The position numbers and the translations under genes are program-made. Shown here piece by piece: positions 28,599 to 37,707 of a stretch of 64,000 bases of DNA. The DNA is from Bacteroidota bacterium (GTDB lineage Bacteria; Bacteroidota; Bacteroidia; Flavobacteriales; Flavobacteriaceae). The DNA is taken from contig JBCCIJ010000023.1 of the NCBI GenBank assembly GCA_039028295.1, positions 1,322 through 65,321 of the forward strand. Direction: 5' to 3'. How positions within the stretch are numbered: the first letter of the stretch is position 1; every line of letters begins with the position of its first letter. The notes below the pieces were generated by a model, which was not told the DNA's origin, searched no databases, and saw nothing but the letters and a program-made list of their open reading frames with translations.

Positions 28599-31453
28599 TG
28601 GAAAGCCGCGCTGACAACCCGTATGTTGGTCTTAGACCATTTCAGGCCGATGAAAGCCTTTTGTTTTTTGGAAGAAGAGAACAAACCATCGATTTATTGC
28701 AAAGCCTTCATAAGCATCATTTTGTGGCCGTTGTTGGTGGTTCAGGAAGTGGCAAATCGTCTTTGATTAGGGCTGGTCTTGTCCCCTCATTAAAAGCGGG
28801 TTATCTGGTAGACGATAATGACAAATGGTGTATAGCCAATATGAACCCTGGTAGAAATCCACTCTACAACTTGGCCGAATCCTTAACTCAACAAATTAAT
28901 CCTGATGCCGATTCAAAGGATATAGTTGCCCTTGTTGAGAAAATTGAAGAGGAAGGCGCGGATGCTATTCTGGAACTTATTCGCCCGCTTTGGGATACGG
29001 AGAACACCAACTTCTTTTTGTTAATTGACCAATTTGAAGAATTGTTTCGGTTTTCAATGCACCAAACCAGTGAAGCCAATAGAGATGAGGCCATTGATTT
29101 TGTAAATATATTTCTGGAGCTTTCAGAACAAACACAAATTCCTTTTTATGTCGTACTAACCATGCGTTCCGATTTTATAGGTGATTGTGCAGATTTCCAT
29201 GGGCTGCCCGAGGCCATGAATAGAAGTCAGTACTTAATTCCACGAATGAACCGGGAACAGCTTAAAATGGTTATTGAGGGCCCTTCCAGACTTTATGGAA
29301 CAAAGGTCGACCCAACGCTCACTTCACGCTTATTAAACCACCTTAGTCGTGTAAAAGACGAACTGCCCCTATTACAGCATGCCTTAATGCGTATGTGGGA
29401 TTACGAGATTAATGAGAATAAAAGCGGAGAATTGGATTTGGTAGATTATAATGCAATTGGCGGCATCAGTAATGCTTTGTCCAAACATGCGGAGGAGGCG
29501 TTGAGTCAAATGAAGGAAAGCGAGGTGCAAATTACCGAAGATATCTTTAAAGCGCTTACTGCGATAGATGAAAATGGACGAAAAATTAGACGACCGATTT
29601 TACTCTCCGAATTAGAGGAGTTAACGGGAGTAAATAAGGGACAACTTCTGAGTATAATTGATTGCTTCATTAAAGATAAGCGCTCCTTTTTATTCAAATC
29701 GAAGATAGCAGACAGTGACGATATATTAATTGATATATCACATGAAAGTCTAATTAGGCAATGGGATACCTTAAATCATTGGGTGGATGAAGAAGGAGAA
29801 TCTGCCTCTTACTATTTGCAATTGATTGAGGCGAGACGGCTCCATTCAGAAAACAAAAAAGACTTTCTCAGCGGAAGTGAATTGCAAATTGCGATCGACT
29901 GGCGGGATCGTTTTAAACCAAGCCAAGCCTGGGCAAATAGATACAAAGACGGATTTGAAGAAAGCATGGCTTATTTAAATGCCAGCGAAAAAGAACGGAC
30001 CAGAATACTAGATCTTGAGAAAGATCGAAGAAGGAAAAAACGCATCATGATGGGTTCCATTATGGGCCTATTAGTGGTTATTGCTGTAGGGTCTGTGCTT
30101 TTAGGACTATCTATCAATAAAAGCAAGAAGGAGTTGGAAAAAAGTCAGAGTGAGCTTATTAAAGAAACCAATAAAAAGCTTGAACTCTATGATCAAAAAC
30201 AGGCAGCCATTGACACTATGGAGTTGGCCATAAAGGAAGCCAGAAAGGCCAAAGATGAGGCCATACCATGGATTATTAGAGCCACCTGGAGGTCTGGTAG
30301 TGAATACAACCCGGACAGAGGATATGTCACCGGTTTGAGAGGATTAATTGCCCATGGAGATGGGATCATAAATCTTGATAAGATTCGATATCTGGCTCCG
30401 GTTAAAATTTTCAATAGCGGACCCCACGAATCTGAGTTTAATTGGTATTCGGACAAATTTGCACATTATAACCCTGAATTTGTACAATGGGTTTCGGACT
30501 ATTTGATTCCGGGAGCAGAAGATGAAAGCTTTAGGTTGGCAACACAGCCTATCTATGACAAACATTTGGCAGTGCTTGCTCGTGCCTATTGTAGAAGCTA
30601 TGAGGCCTTACAATTGGACCCAACATTTGTTGAAGAACAAAAGGCAGCATACTTGGATCATATTAAATTGACGAGAGCGGGTAATTTTTTTAATGGGGGA
30701 GCCTTCTCAGAGTATTTTGTTGCTATGGATAAACTTGAGAGCGGTGTTTTCCCATATTATGCCCATGTAGCAGCAGGTTTTTGGATTCGTAGAGAAATAG
30801 ACGGAACGGCAGATGACTTTATCATAGCGCTAAGAAAATTAATAAAGACCTATGATCCCGATCTCGAAATAGAGTGTAATACTATAAAGCATACATTTAG
30901 CAATGCCATGGCTGAGGCTTTTGTTGGGGATTGGAGAATTGGCGATTTTCACGACAGTCGGGTCTTCGCAAATTTTCAAGAAGACGGGAAGTTACTTATC
31001 CGTAGCGATAATGTTGCATCTAATCATACATGGAAATTCCTAAGACCAGGCTTTATTTTGGTAGATAGAGATACGGTTAATTACGGCAGTAATGCTCACA
31101 ATATTCGCAACCTTCCAGGGTTTGAACCTACAGAGCGGCTTTATCGATTATACCCTTGGCGCCCCAAAGTTCCTGATGATCCTACCGGGCTGGAAGTAGA
31201 TAGTTTTAATGCGACTAAGGTCCAAACAAGCATTGGTGTTTTTGAGCGTTTTTCAAATGGAAATTGGCAAGGCCCAGGTACCGATGGAAGCATTAGGGAA
31301 TATGCCGACATGGGACGTAATGGTTCTGGCATTCACTTATATGATAAGGACAACGACGCAGATATTTGGCTCTATGTGTTTAAAAGTGAAGTTCGCCTTT
31401 ATCAAGGGTCAGCTTCCTATGTGAAAATTGGCAGTATTTCAAATGTGTTTTAG
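28598..31453 (+). CDS. nSTAND1-type NTPase with TM helix and C-terminal extracytoplasmic region
   Basis: NPYVGLRPF..LFFGR, Walker A GGSGSGKSS, Walker B LIDQFEELF, TMRSDF, LPLLQHAL, HESLIRQW. TM IMMGSIMGLLVVIAVGSVLLGL. Start overlaps the upstream stop (taatg). Confidence 0.85.
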   Translation: MESRADNPYVGLRPFQADESLLFFGRREQTIDLLQSLHKHHFVAVVGGSGSGKSSLIRAGLVPSLKAGYLVDDNDKWCIANMNPGRNPLYNLAESLTQQINPDADSKDIVALVEKIEEEGADAILELIRPLWDTENTNFFLLIDQFEELFRFSMHQTSEANRDEAIDFVNIFLELSEQTQIPFYVVLTMRSDFIGDCADFHGLPEAMNRSQYLIPRMNREQLKMVIEGPSRLYGTKVDPTLTSRLLNHLSRVKDELPLLQHALMRMWDYEINENKSGELDLVDYNAIGGISNALSKHAEEALSQMKESEVQITEDIFKALTAIDENGRKIRRPILLSELEELTGVNKGQLLSIIDCFIKDKRSFLFKSKIADSDDILIDISHESLIRQWDTLNHWVDEEGESASYYLQLIEARRLHSENKKDFLSGSELQIAIDWRDRFKPSQAWANRYKDGFEESMAYLNASEKERTRILDLEKDRRRKKRIMMGSIMGLLVVIAVGSVLLGLSINKSKKELEKSQSELIKETNKKLELYDQKQAAIDTMELAIKEARKAKDEAIPWIIRATWRSGSEYNPDRGYVTGLRGLIAHGDGIINLDKIRYLAPVKIFNSGPHESEFNWYSDKFAHYNPEFVQWVSDYLIPGAEDESFRLATQPIYDKHLAVLARAYCRSYEALQLDPTFVEEQKAAYLDHIKLTRAGNFFNGGAFSEYFVAMDKLESGVFPYYAHVAAGFWIRREIDGTADDFIIALRKLIKTYDPDLEIECNTIKHTFSNAMAEAFVGDWRIGDFHDSRVFANFQEDGKLLIRSDNVASNHTWKFLRPGFILVDRDTVNYGSNAHNIRNLPGFEPTERLYRLYPWRPKVPDDPTGLEVDSFNATKVQTSIGVFERFSNGNWQGPGTDGSIREYADMGRNGSGIHLYDKDNDADIWLYVFKSEVRLYQGSASYVKIGSISNVF

Positions 31454-31534
31454 ACGGTGAGATTTTAATTTAAAAATGCCTTCAAAACTTTAGCACATAT
31501 GCCTAATCTGATTAGGATGGAGTGTGTAAAATTT

Positions 31535-31568
31535 AAAAGGGGCGCGAGTTTTCACGTCCCTTTTTTTT
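31535..31568. terminator. Bidirectional terminator between the STAND gene and the anti-sigma gene
   Basis: aaaaggggcg..cgtccctttttttt hairpin. Confidence 0.75.
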
Positions 31569-31591
31569 AATTGGAAGATTTACCTAGAGCG

Positions 31592-32401
31592 TTATTTTAA
31601 TTCTTTCAGCAGGTTGCCTGCTTCGGTATGTTTATAATAAGCGGGGTTAGCGGCTACTACTTCCAAACTCTTTATCAAGGACGTTTTATCTCCTTGTTTA
31701 AGATATACCATAGCGGTATACCAGTAGCCTTTATGATGGTCAATGGTATTGCTTGAGGTAATTTCGGCGAAGGTGTTTATGGCATTTTCATATTGGTCTA
31801 ATTCTAATTGAGAAACGCCTTGATATAGAAGTAGTGCCATATCTGTTTCTTCAGAATTGAGACTTATTTCCCTGACGCTGGTGATAACTTCCGCGTATTT
31901 TTTCTGCTGAAAAAGTTGTTCAACTATAGCTTTATTTAAATGGAGATCACCTTTTACAGTGAGGGACGGCATATCATTCCAACTACTATGCTCCACGTAT
32001 AATTGGTCCAGATCGCCTCCTCCCGTTTGCAGGGTCAGAAAAACGGCCAATAAAATACTGGCGGCTACCCCAGAGAACACAGCAAGGCGTTTCCAAACGA
32101 CCGATTTGCGTCCGGTAGCCCCCATTTGATTACTTTTAAATTCGCTCAATTTTTTGGAAAAGGCTTTGGTTTCTTCGTCTTCAAAAAGAGGGATTTTCTC
32201 CTTAATTTCGTTTACATCACCTTCAAATGTGATCCAATCTGCTTCGTCGTCAAGTACGTTTACCTGTTCGTGAAGTTCAACCAATTCTTGCAGTTCCGGC
32301 GATTGGGCTATTTGCTTTTCAAACTGAGCCTTTTCTTCAGGAGTCATTTGGTCGTTTAGGTAACGCTCTAAGGAGTCGTTAATGAAATTGTCTTGTTCCA
32401 T
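31592..32401 (-). CDS. Membrane-anchored anti-sigma factor-like protein with periplasmic TPR
   Basis: ERYLNDQMTPEEKAQFE N-terminal domain, TM VAASILLAVFL, TPR LLYQGVSQLEL..YWYTAMVYLK; directly downstream of the ECF sigma gene. Confidence 0.75.
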   Translation of the reverse strand: MEQDNFINDSLERYLNDQMTPEEKAQFEKQIAQSPELQELVELHEQVNVLDDEADWITFEGDVNEIKEKIPLFEDEETKAFSKKLSEFKSNQMGATGRKSVVWKRLAVFSGVAASILLAVFLTLQTGGGDLDQLYVEHSSWNDMPSLTVKGDLHLNKAIVEQLFQQKKYAEVITSVREISLNSEETDMALLLYQGVSQLELDQYENAINTFAEITSSNTIDHHKGYWYTAMVYLKQGDKTSLIKSLEVVAANPAYYKHTEAGNLLKELK

Positions 32402-32404
32402 CGG

Positions 32405-32968
32405 TTATTTTTTGAGCCGCTTATATCGAGTGTCTCTTTGTATTAGCAGCACCAGTCGCGATTTGCATTTAAACACACGCTGTCTGGCAACTGTTTCCGA
32501 AGCATATCCAAAAGTTTCAACAATACTTGCATATGCAATTTTTTGAAAGACCAATTTTAAAATGGCCTGGCAACTATCGGTGAGTTCTTTAAACTTTTCT
32601 TGATAAAGATCCCATTGATTCTGTTCGGTATAAAAAGTGGACATCTCCACGCTTTCATTTACAAGAGTACTTACGTCTACATTTGTTACCCGCTTTTTTT
32701 TTATTTCTCTCCGCCACATATTTCTACAAACGGTGAAAAGGTAATTTTCGAAAGATTGAATGTTAAGTTTTTCATTCTTCAACTTAACAAAGAGCAATAC
32801 CAAAGCGTTATGAAAAATATCCTCGGCGTCCTTTAAGGTGCCGTCTCTACTCATAATATAGCGTTTTACGATGGGGTATGTTTCGGTATAAAGTTCTTGA
32901 AGAATCTCGGGCTCCCCCCTTAAAAACCCTGGGATTAAATCATTAGTATCACTCATAAATACGAACAC
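32405..32968 (-). CDS. ECF-type RNA polymerase sigma factor
   Basis: DAEDIFHNAL (region 2), YLFTVCRNMW, ARQRVFKCKSRL (region 4). Confidence 0.88.
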   Translation of the reverse strand: MFVFMSDTNDLIPGFLRGEPEILQELYTETYPIVKRYIMSRDGTLKDAEDIFHNALVLLFVKLKNEKLNIQSFENYLFTVCRNMWRREIKKKRVTNVDVSTLVNESVEMSTFYTEQNQWDLYQEKFKELTDSCQAILKLVFQKIAYASIVETFGYASETVARQRVFKCKSRLVLLIQRDTRYKRLKK

Positions 32969-33106
32969 CCTTTTGAAGGTTTTTCTAAAATACTTGAAAA
33001 ATATGGGGTAACAAAATTATTGATCTCCCTCTTTTCTATGAATCGATTCTTCAAGGCAGTTTCCGAAAAGCCTGAAATAGAGTAGGAAAAACTTAAAAAC
33101 AAACCC

Positions 33107-33517
33107 ATGAAATTTAAAAAATTTATTGTCAGCGCGGTTTTTACCGCATTCTTGATGGTTTCATATTCGAGTTTGATCGCCCAAAGTGGCGGACAATCTG
33201 GAGAAATGACCATCAATGAGCAATTGCAACTTGAAATAGATACTACCGGATCGAATGAAATTCGAGCCCAATATGAAGTTGATATTTCGATTTTGGACTT
33301 TACATCTCAGAGCATGCTCGATTCTTTTTGTGCTAATTTTTCCTTCGACTTTCAAAGGCTGGAGGGAAACTTAGCAGGGAATAGGGTTACCGTGTACTTG
33401 GATCAACAAGCCCTAGCGGAACGAGAGTTCGGTATTGGAGATTTGAACGATCATTTTAGCAGGATTTCCAGACGGATGGAATATCTGTATTATAAACTTA
33501 AAGAAAGCCAGCCATGA
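33107..33517 (+). CDS. Secreted hypothetical protein
   Basis: Sec signal peptide; ATGA overlap with the next gene. Confidence 0.7.
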   Translation: MKFKKFIVSAVFTAFLMVSYSSLIAQSGGQSGEMTINEQLQLEIDTTGSNEIRAQYEVDISILDFTSQSMLDSFCANFSFDFQRLEGNLAGNRVTVYLDQQALAEREFGIGDLNDHFSRISRRMEYLYYKLKESQP

Positions 33518-36258
33518 AAAAATTACACTTTATTTTAGCACTATTGGCCTTTATACCTTTCATGGTATTTGGTCAAATAACGGTGAATAACAATCTTAAT
33601 GATAATGCTTTAATTCAAACTTTGGGTGGCCCTGGGGTCACTATCACTAATGTGAATATTAATGGTGCCACCAATTCGTATGGACAATTTATGAATGGTG
33701 GAAATTTAGGGATCCAGCAAGGGGTTATCTTGACCTCAGGAACTATTCAGAATGCTGTGGGGCCAAATACCTTAACAGGTCAGGGAACCGACCTTGCAAC
33801 TGGCGGAAACGCATTGTTGGATGGCCTTGTAGGTGGGGGAACGGAAGATGCCTGCGTGGTAACTTTCAACATTGTTCCCGAGGGAACGACCATTAGCTTT
33901 AATTATGCGTTTGGATCGGAAGAGTATCATGAATTCGTAAACTCAAGTTTTAATGACGTCTTTGGATTTTTCATTTCCGGACCGGGAATTGTCGGTAATC
34001 AAAACATTGCTTTATTGCCGGGCACAGGAACGCCTGTGGCCATTAATTCTGTAAACAATGGAAACAATAACAATTGTCTTTCCGACGGTACTGGAAACCC
34101 GTCCAATCCTGCATTTTTTGTGGATAATTGCATGGGGAACAGTGTAGAGTATGATGGCTTTACGGTACCGCTTACTGCCACGGCTACCAATCTAATTCCT
34201 TGTCAGACCTATACGCTTACTTTGGCAATTGCAGATGTCTCTGACGGAATCTTAGACTCTGGAGTATTTATTTCTCAAGGAACGTTTAGTTCGGATAATA
34301 ATGTGGTAGATTTTCATTTTGAGCATGAGAACATGGTCGAAGATGATACATTTCAGCTTTGCGAAGATGTATATTTAGATGGAAGCGCTACGCTAAACAC
34401 TGGAAGCTATTATATGGACATCTGGAGAGTTCCTCCTGGCGGAGGTAATCCACAATGGCTTTCTGCTCAAGGATCGCCTCCAAATGATGGGTGGTTGCAA
34501 GGGACACCAACGTTTATAAACATTACAGACTTGTTTGTGAATGACCCTGAACATCCGGTAACCTTTCAGGTAGGTGAGACCTATGAGGTGAAATTGGCTA
34601 TTAACGATCCCAACTGTGGTTGGGTTTCTGAAACTAGACGATTTACTATTACGGAGGGAGAAATGTCGTCTTTATTCGATATAGAGTATATATGTCATGA
34701 TGGTGTTTACGATGTAGTAGTTACTGCTCAGGATACCGCTCCTAACCAATGGTGGGGTCTTTATGAAACTAGCGTTGAAGGATCGGTAAGTGACGCCAAT
34801 ACCATTTTCCCAATACTTGAAACGCAGACAGGAATTACAACGGCTACATTTACCAATATTGACCCAACGAGATTCTATTATATTAAACATGGGGTATGGA
34901 CTACCAATTGTCCGTGGCAGGAAACGCGAAAGGCATTGGAGCCAGATTGCTGTGACGAATTTGACGATGCAGATTTCTCTCTAGGAGTGGATTTTGATTA
35001 TAATTTCTGGGTAGGAAATTACAATGGATATGAAGATCTTGGCGCCGTTCATGAATGGTACGTATTATCCAGCCCTAACCAAGGTGCAGGACCTTATACT
35101 CCCGAATTTTCTACCACTACCACTGGTGGAAATAGTTTCCCTCTCTTTACTGGAGCTCAGTTTGGAGTATATTATACAGTAGTTCATAAGGTGGTGACTT
35201 ATTGTGGCGAAATATGCTATGCGCAGGAGCAGTTCCAGGAAGAAGGAAAGAAACCAGAAGAGTATACTAATACTCGGGCTGTGGAGATAGATTGCTGCTT
35301 TGTTTTCGATTTTTGGCCTAATGGCCCAGGAGAGCCCAGTGAGTTTACCGCTGAGTTCCAAATAGGGTTGGATCTAAATGGAAATATTATCACCCAAGTA
35401 GCGAACGATTATGCAAATAACCCTTCTGCTGTGCATGAGTGGTATTTGCTAAGCAGTCCTAACCCAACGGGAGGCCCATACGATTTGGTAGACTATGGAA
35501 CTGGTGTGGATTACACATATGGACCTATAGACGATGAAATTTACTATTTCCTCATACATCGAGTAACAACAGATTGTGGAGAAGTATGTTATGGACAGAG
35601 TATTTGTAGAAATTGTGGTCTTCAAGAAGGTGCCTGTGATCTCTGTGGTCCTATAGACTGCAGCATACTAGACGAAATTCTTCCGGATTGTACCGAATTG
35701 ACGGCACCAACTAATTTACAAGTACAGGGAGACACGCTTACATGGGATCCGGTCCCCGGGGCTTTGGAGTACATTATTAGCTCACCAGGCGGTACTGATC
35801 CACAAATATCTTGTAACTGCGAACATCCAATATCTATAGTACCACTTACTTCTGATACTAACAGTATAGTATTGCCCGTAGGATTGCAAAGTCAGTGCTT
35901 TATATGGATGGTAACTGCCGTTTGTTATGATGGAACCGAATCGGATCCTTCAAATCAGGAATGCTATTTCCCAATTAAAGGAAGAGCTGCGGAAAGCGCT
36001 TTTGAAAATGCTGAGATCGCACCAAATCCAAGCAACGGAAATATGACATTCGTAATAGAAACTACGTACGACACCGAGGTCACCATTGAGGTGTACGATT
36101 TCTATGGTAAACAAATCCAGACATTCGTAGAGCAATTATCTGCTCATACGGAAGGGACCATAGATTGGGATGCCACTGGTAAATTAGCTAGAGGTATTTA
36201 CATAGTTTCCTTTACAACAGACAAGGAAACAATTTATAAGAAGATTATTGTTGATTAA
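33514..36258 (+). CDS. Choice-of-anchor-L domain, Cys-rich repeat protein with T9SS sorting domain
   Basis: GVILTSG, FNYAFGSEEYHEFV.SSFNDVFGFFISGPG, NIALLPG, EYDGFT, IADVSDGILDSGVF; C-terminus APNPS..RGIYIV..KKIIVD. Confidence 0.85.
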   Translation: MKKLHFILALLAFIPFMVFGQITVNNNLNDNALIQTLGGPGVTITNVNINGATNSYGQFMNGGNLGIQQGVILTSGTIQNAVGPNTLTGQGTDLATGGNALLDGLVGGGTEDACVVTFNIVPEGTTISFNYAFGSEEYHEFVNSSFNDVFGFFISGPGIVGNQNIALLPGTGTPVAINSVNNGNNNNCLSDGTGNPSNPAFFVDNCMGNSVEYDGFTVPLTATATNLIPCQTYTLTLAIADVSDGILDSGVFISQGTFSSDNNVVDFHFEHENMVEDDTFQLCEDVYLDGSATLNTGSYYMDIWRVPPGGGNPQWLSAQGSPPNDGWLQGTPTFINITDLFVNDPEHPVTFQVGETYEVKLAINDPNCGWVSETRRFTITEGEMSSLFDIEYICHDGVYDVVVTAQDTAPNQWWGLYETSVEGSVSDANTIFPILETQTGITTATFTNIDPTRFYYIKHGVWTTNCPWQETRKALEPDCCDEFDDADFSLGVDFDYNFWVGNYNGYEDLGAVHEWYVLSSPNQGAGPYTPEFSTTTTGGNSFPLFTGAQFGVYYTVVHKVVTYCGEICYAQEQFQEEGKKPEEYTNTRAVEIDCCFVFDFWPNGPGEPSEFTAEFQIGLDLNGNIITQVANDYANNPSAVHEWYLLSSPNPTGGPYDLVDYGTGVDYTYGPIDDEIYYFLIHRVTTDCGEVCYGQSICRNCGLQEGACDLCGPIDCSILDEILPDCTELTAPTNLQVQGDTLTWDPVPGALEYIISSPGGTDPQISCNCEHPISIVPLTSDTNSIVLPVGLQSQCFIWMVTAVCYDGTESDPSNQECYFPIKGRAAESAFENAEIAPNPSNGNMTFVIETTYDTEVTIEVYDFYGKQIQTFVEQLSAHTEGTIDWDATGKLARGIYIVSFTTDKETIYKKIIVD

Positions 36259-36270
36259 TTGCCAATTAAT

Positions 36271-36295
36271 AGGCCCGGGGCAGCGCTCCGGGCTT
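36271..36295 (+). other. GC-rich intergenic hairpin (terminator or mRNA-stabilising element)
   Basis: aggcccgggg-cagcg-ctccgggctt inverted repeat with only a weak U-tract. Confidence 0.5.
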
Positions 36296-36336
36296 ATATT
36301 ACAAAATCCTAAACCTAATTATTAAAACAAAAAATC

Positions 36337-37602
36337 ATGAAAAAATTATATGTAATTCTAATAACGGCTTTGGTCGTAGTAACCAGCTGTGAAAAAAATG
36401 AATTGAATACAATAGAACTTTCTACAGAAGAAACTAAAGATGTATCACTGGTACGAAACCCTGGAACAACAGGTTACCCAAACGATGAAATGGTGGTTCA
36501 ATACGATCCGTTACTTAGCGAAGCAGAAAAACAACTTTTGAGAGATCAATATGGTGTCACCAGCTATAAGAAATGCACCTGTGCAGATCCAACGCTCGAA
36601 CTTTGGATGTTTACGTTAGATCGCGAAGGGAATTTGCCCGGAGGTTTGGATCTGGAAGAAACCGTTCTGGGAGCCAAAGAGGAAACGGACCTTGAAGGTG
36701 CAGAGATAAACCCAACTTTCCAGCATATGGGAGAAAAATTAAATGCTTCATTTGGAGTTGAAGATATGGGAGTGGCTACCTTAAATATGGTTCCTTCCAA
36801 TCAAAATGTGACCATAGCAGTATTAGACACCGGGGTAGATTATAACTATTTCGGCTTCGAAAACCCTTTTCTGTATAACAGTCAGGACGGACAGAATTCT
36901 TGCTTTGACAATGGAATGGAAGATGTATTTGGATGGGACTTTGTAAATCAGGATAACAACCCCTTCGATGATTACGGCCATGGAACGGTAATTACTAGTT
37001 TAATTTATAATAAGCTATCTGAAGAAGATGTCGATTTCCAAATATTACCTGTTAAGGCTTTCGATAAAAATGGAAAAGGAACCTATTTTGATATTTTATG
37101 TGGCTTTAGATACGCGGCAACTAAAGAGGATGTGGATATCATCAATATGAGTTTTGGTTGGTATCATAGCAATTATGAATTGTTACACCGTTTCGTCGAG
37201 CAATCTGAAGATAAGGTTATGTTGCTAAGTTCGGCAGGGAATAAACATCAAAGCAATGATCAAACACCGCATTACCCATCGTCTTATAATGTTTCTAATG
37301 GTCTTTCCATAGCTGCTTTGACAGACAATCCATTTAGTATTGAATTGGCCTGGTTTTCAAACTATGGGATTAATTCAGTAGACATAGCCGCCTTTGGGGA
37401 GGGGATTCCGTTCTATATTACACCGCTCGAATTTGTTGAGGTTGCGGGTACGTCTTATGCGAACGCTTTTGCCTCTGCCTTTGGGGGGCTTCATTTTGAA
37501 CCAGGACTAAGTCCGCAACAGTTGAAGGCTATTATGTTATCGAACACCATACAACACAGTAATTTGTCTACTATTAAGTACCAATCATATATTGACTATT
37601 AG
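36337..37602 (+). CDS. S8 subtilisin-like serine peptidase lipoprotein
   Basis: Lipobox TSC; triad VLDTG, DYGHGT, GTSYA; oxyanion-hole SAGN. Confidence 0.9.
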   Translation: MKKLYVILITALVVVTSCEKNELNTIELSTEETKDVSLVRNPGTTGYPNDEMVVQYDPLLSEAEKQLLRDQYGVTSYKKCTCADPTLELWMFTLDREGNLPGGLDLEETVLGAKEETDLEGAEINPTFQHMGEKLNASFGVEDMGVATLNMVPSNQNVTIAVLDTGVDYNYFGFENPFLYNSQDGQNSCFDNGMEDVFGWDFVNQDNNPFDDYGHGTVITSLIYNKLSEEDVDFQILPVKAFDKNGKGTYFDILCGFRYAATKEDVDIINMSFGWYHSNYELLHRFVEQSEDKVMLLSSAGNKHQSNDQTPHYPSSYNVSNGLSIAALTDNPFSIELAWFSNYGINSVDIAAFGEGIPFYITPLEFVEVAGTSYANAFASAFGGLHFEPGLSPQQLKAIMLSNTIQHSNLSTIKYQSYIDY

Positions 37603-37647
37603 TTTAGTTTGGATAATTAGGTTTAGGTACAATTATTTAAGCTAGCG

Positions 37648-37673
37648 GGGGAGGGATTTTTAAATCCTTCCCC
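37648..37673. other. Intergenic hairpin between the S8 and CHAT genes
   Basis: ggggagggattt-tt-aaatccttcccc. Confidence 0.5.
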
Positions 37674-37707
37674 TAAATAGTATCTTTAACCATAATCCGT
37701 TATTCTC

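Noticed and set aside
37628-37640. Exact copy of the 13-mer TACAATTATTTAA (seen upstream of peptides 1 and 3) upstream of the CHAT gene
   Set aside because: It is AT-rich and lacks the companion TTTATTTG at the fixed spacing, so one extra match cannot be distinguished from chance.
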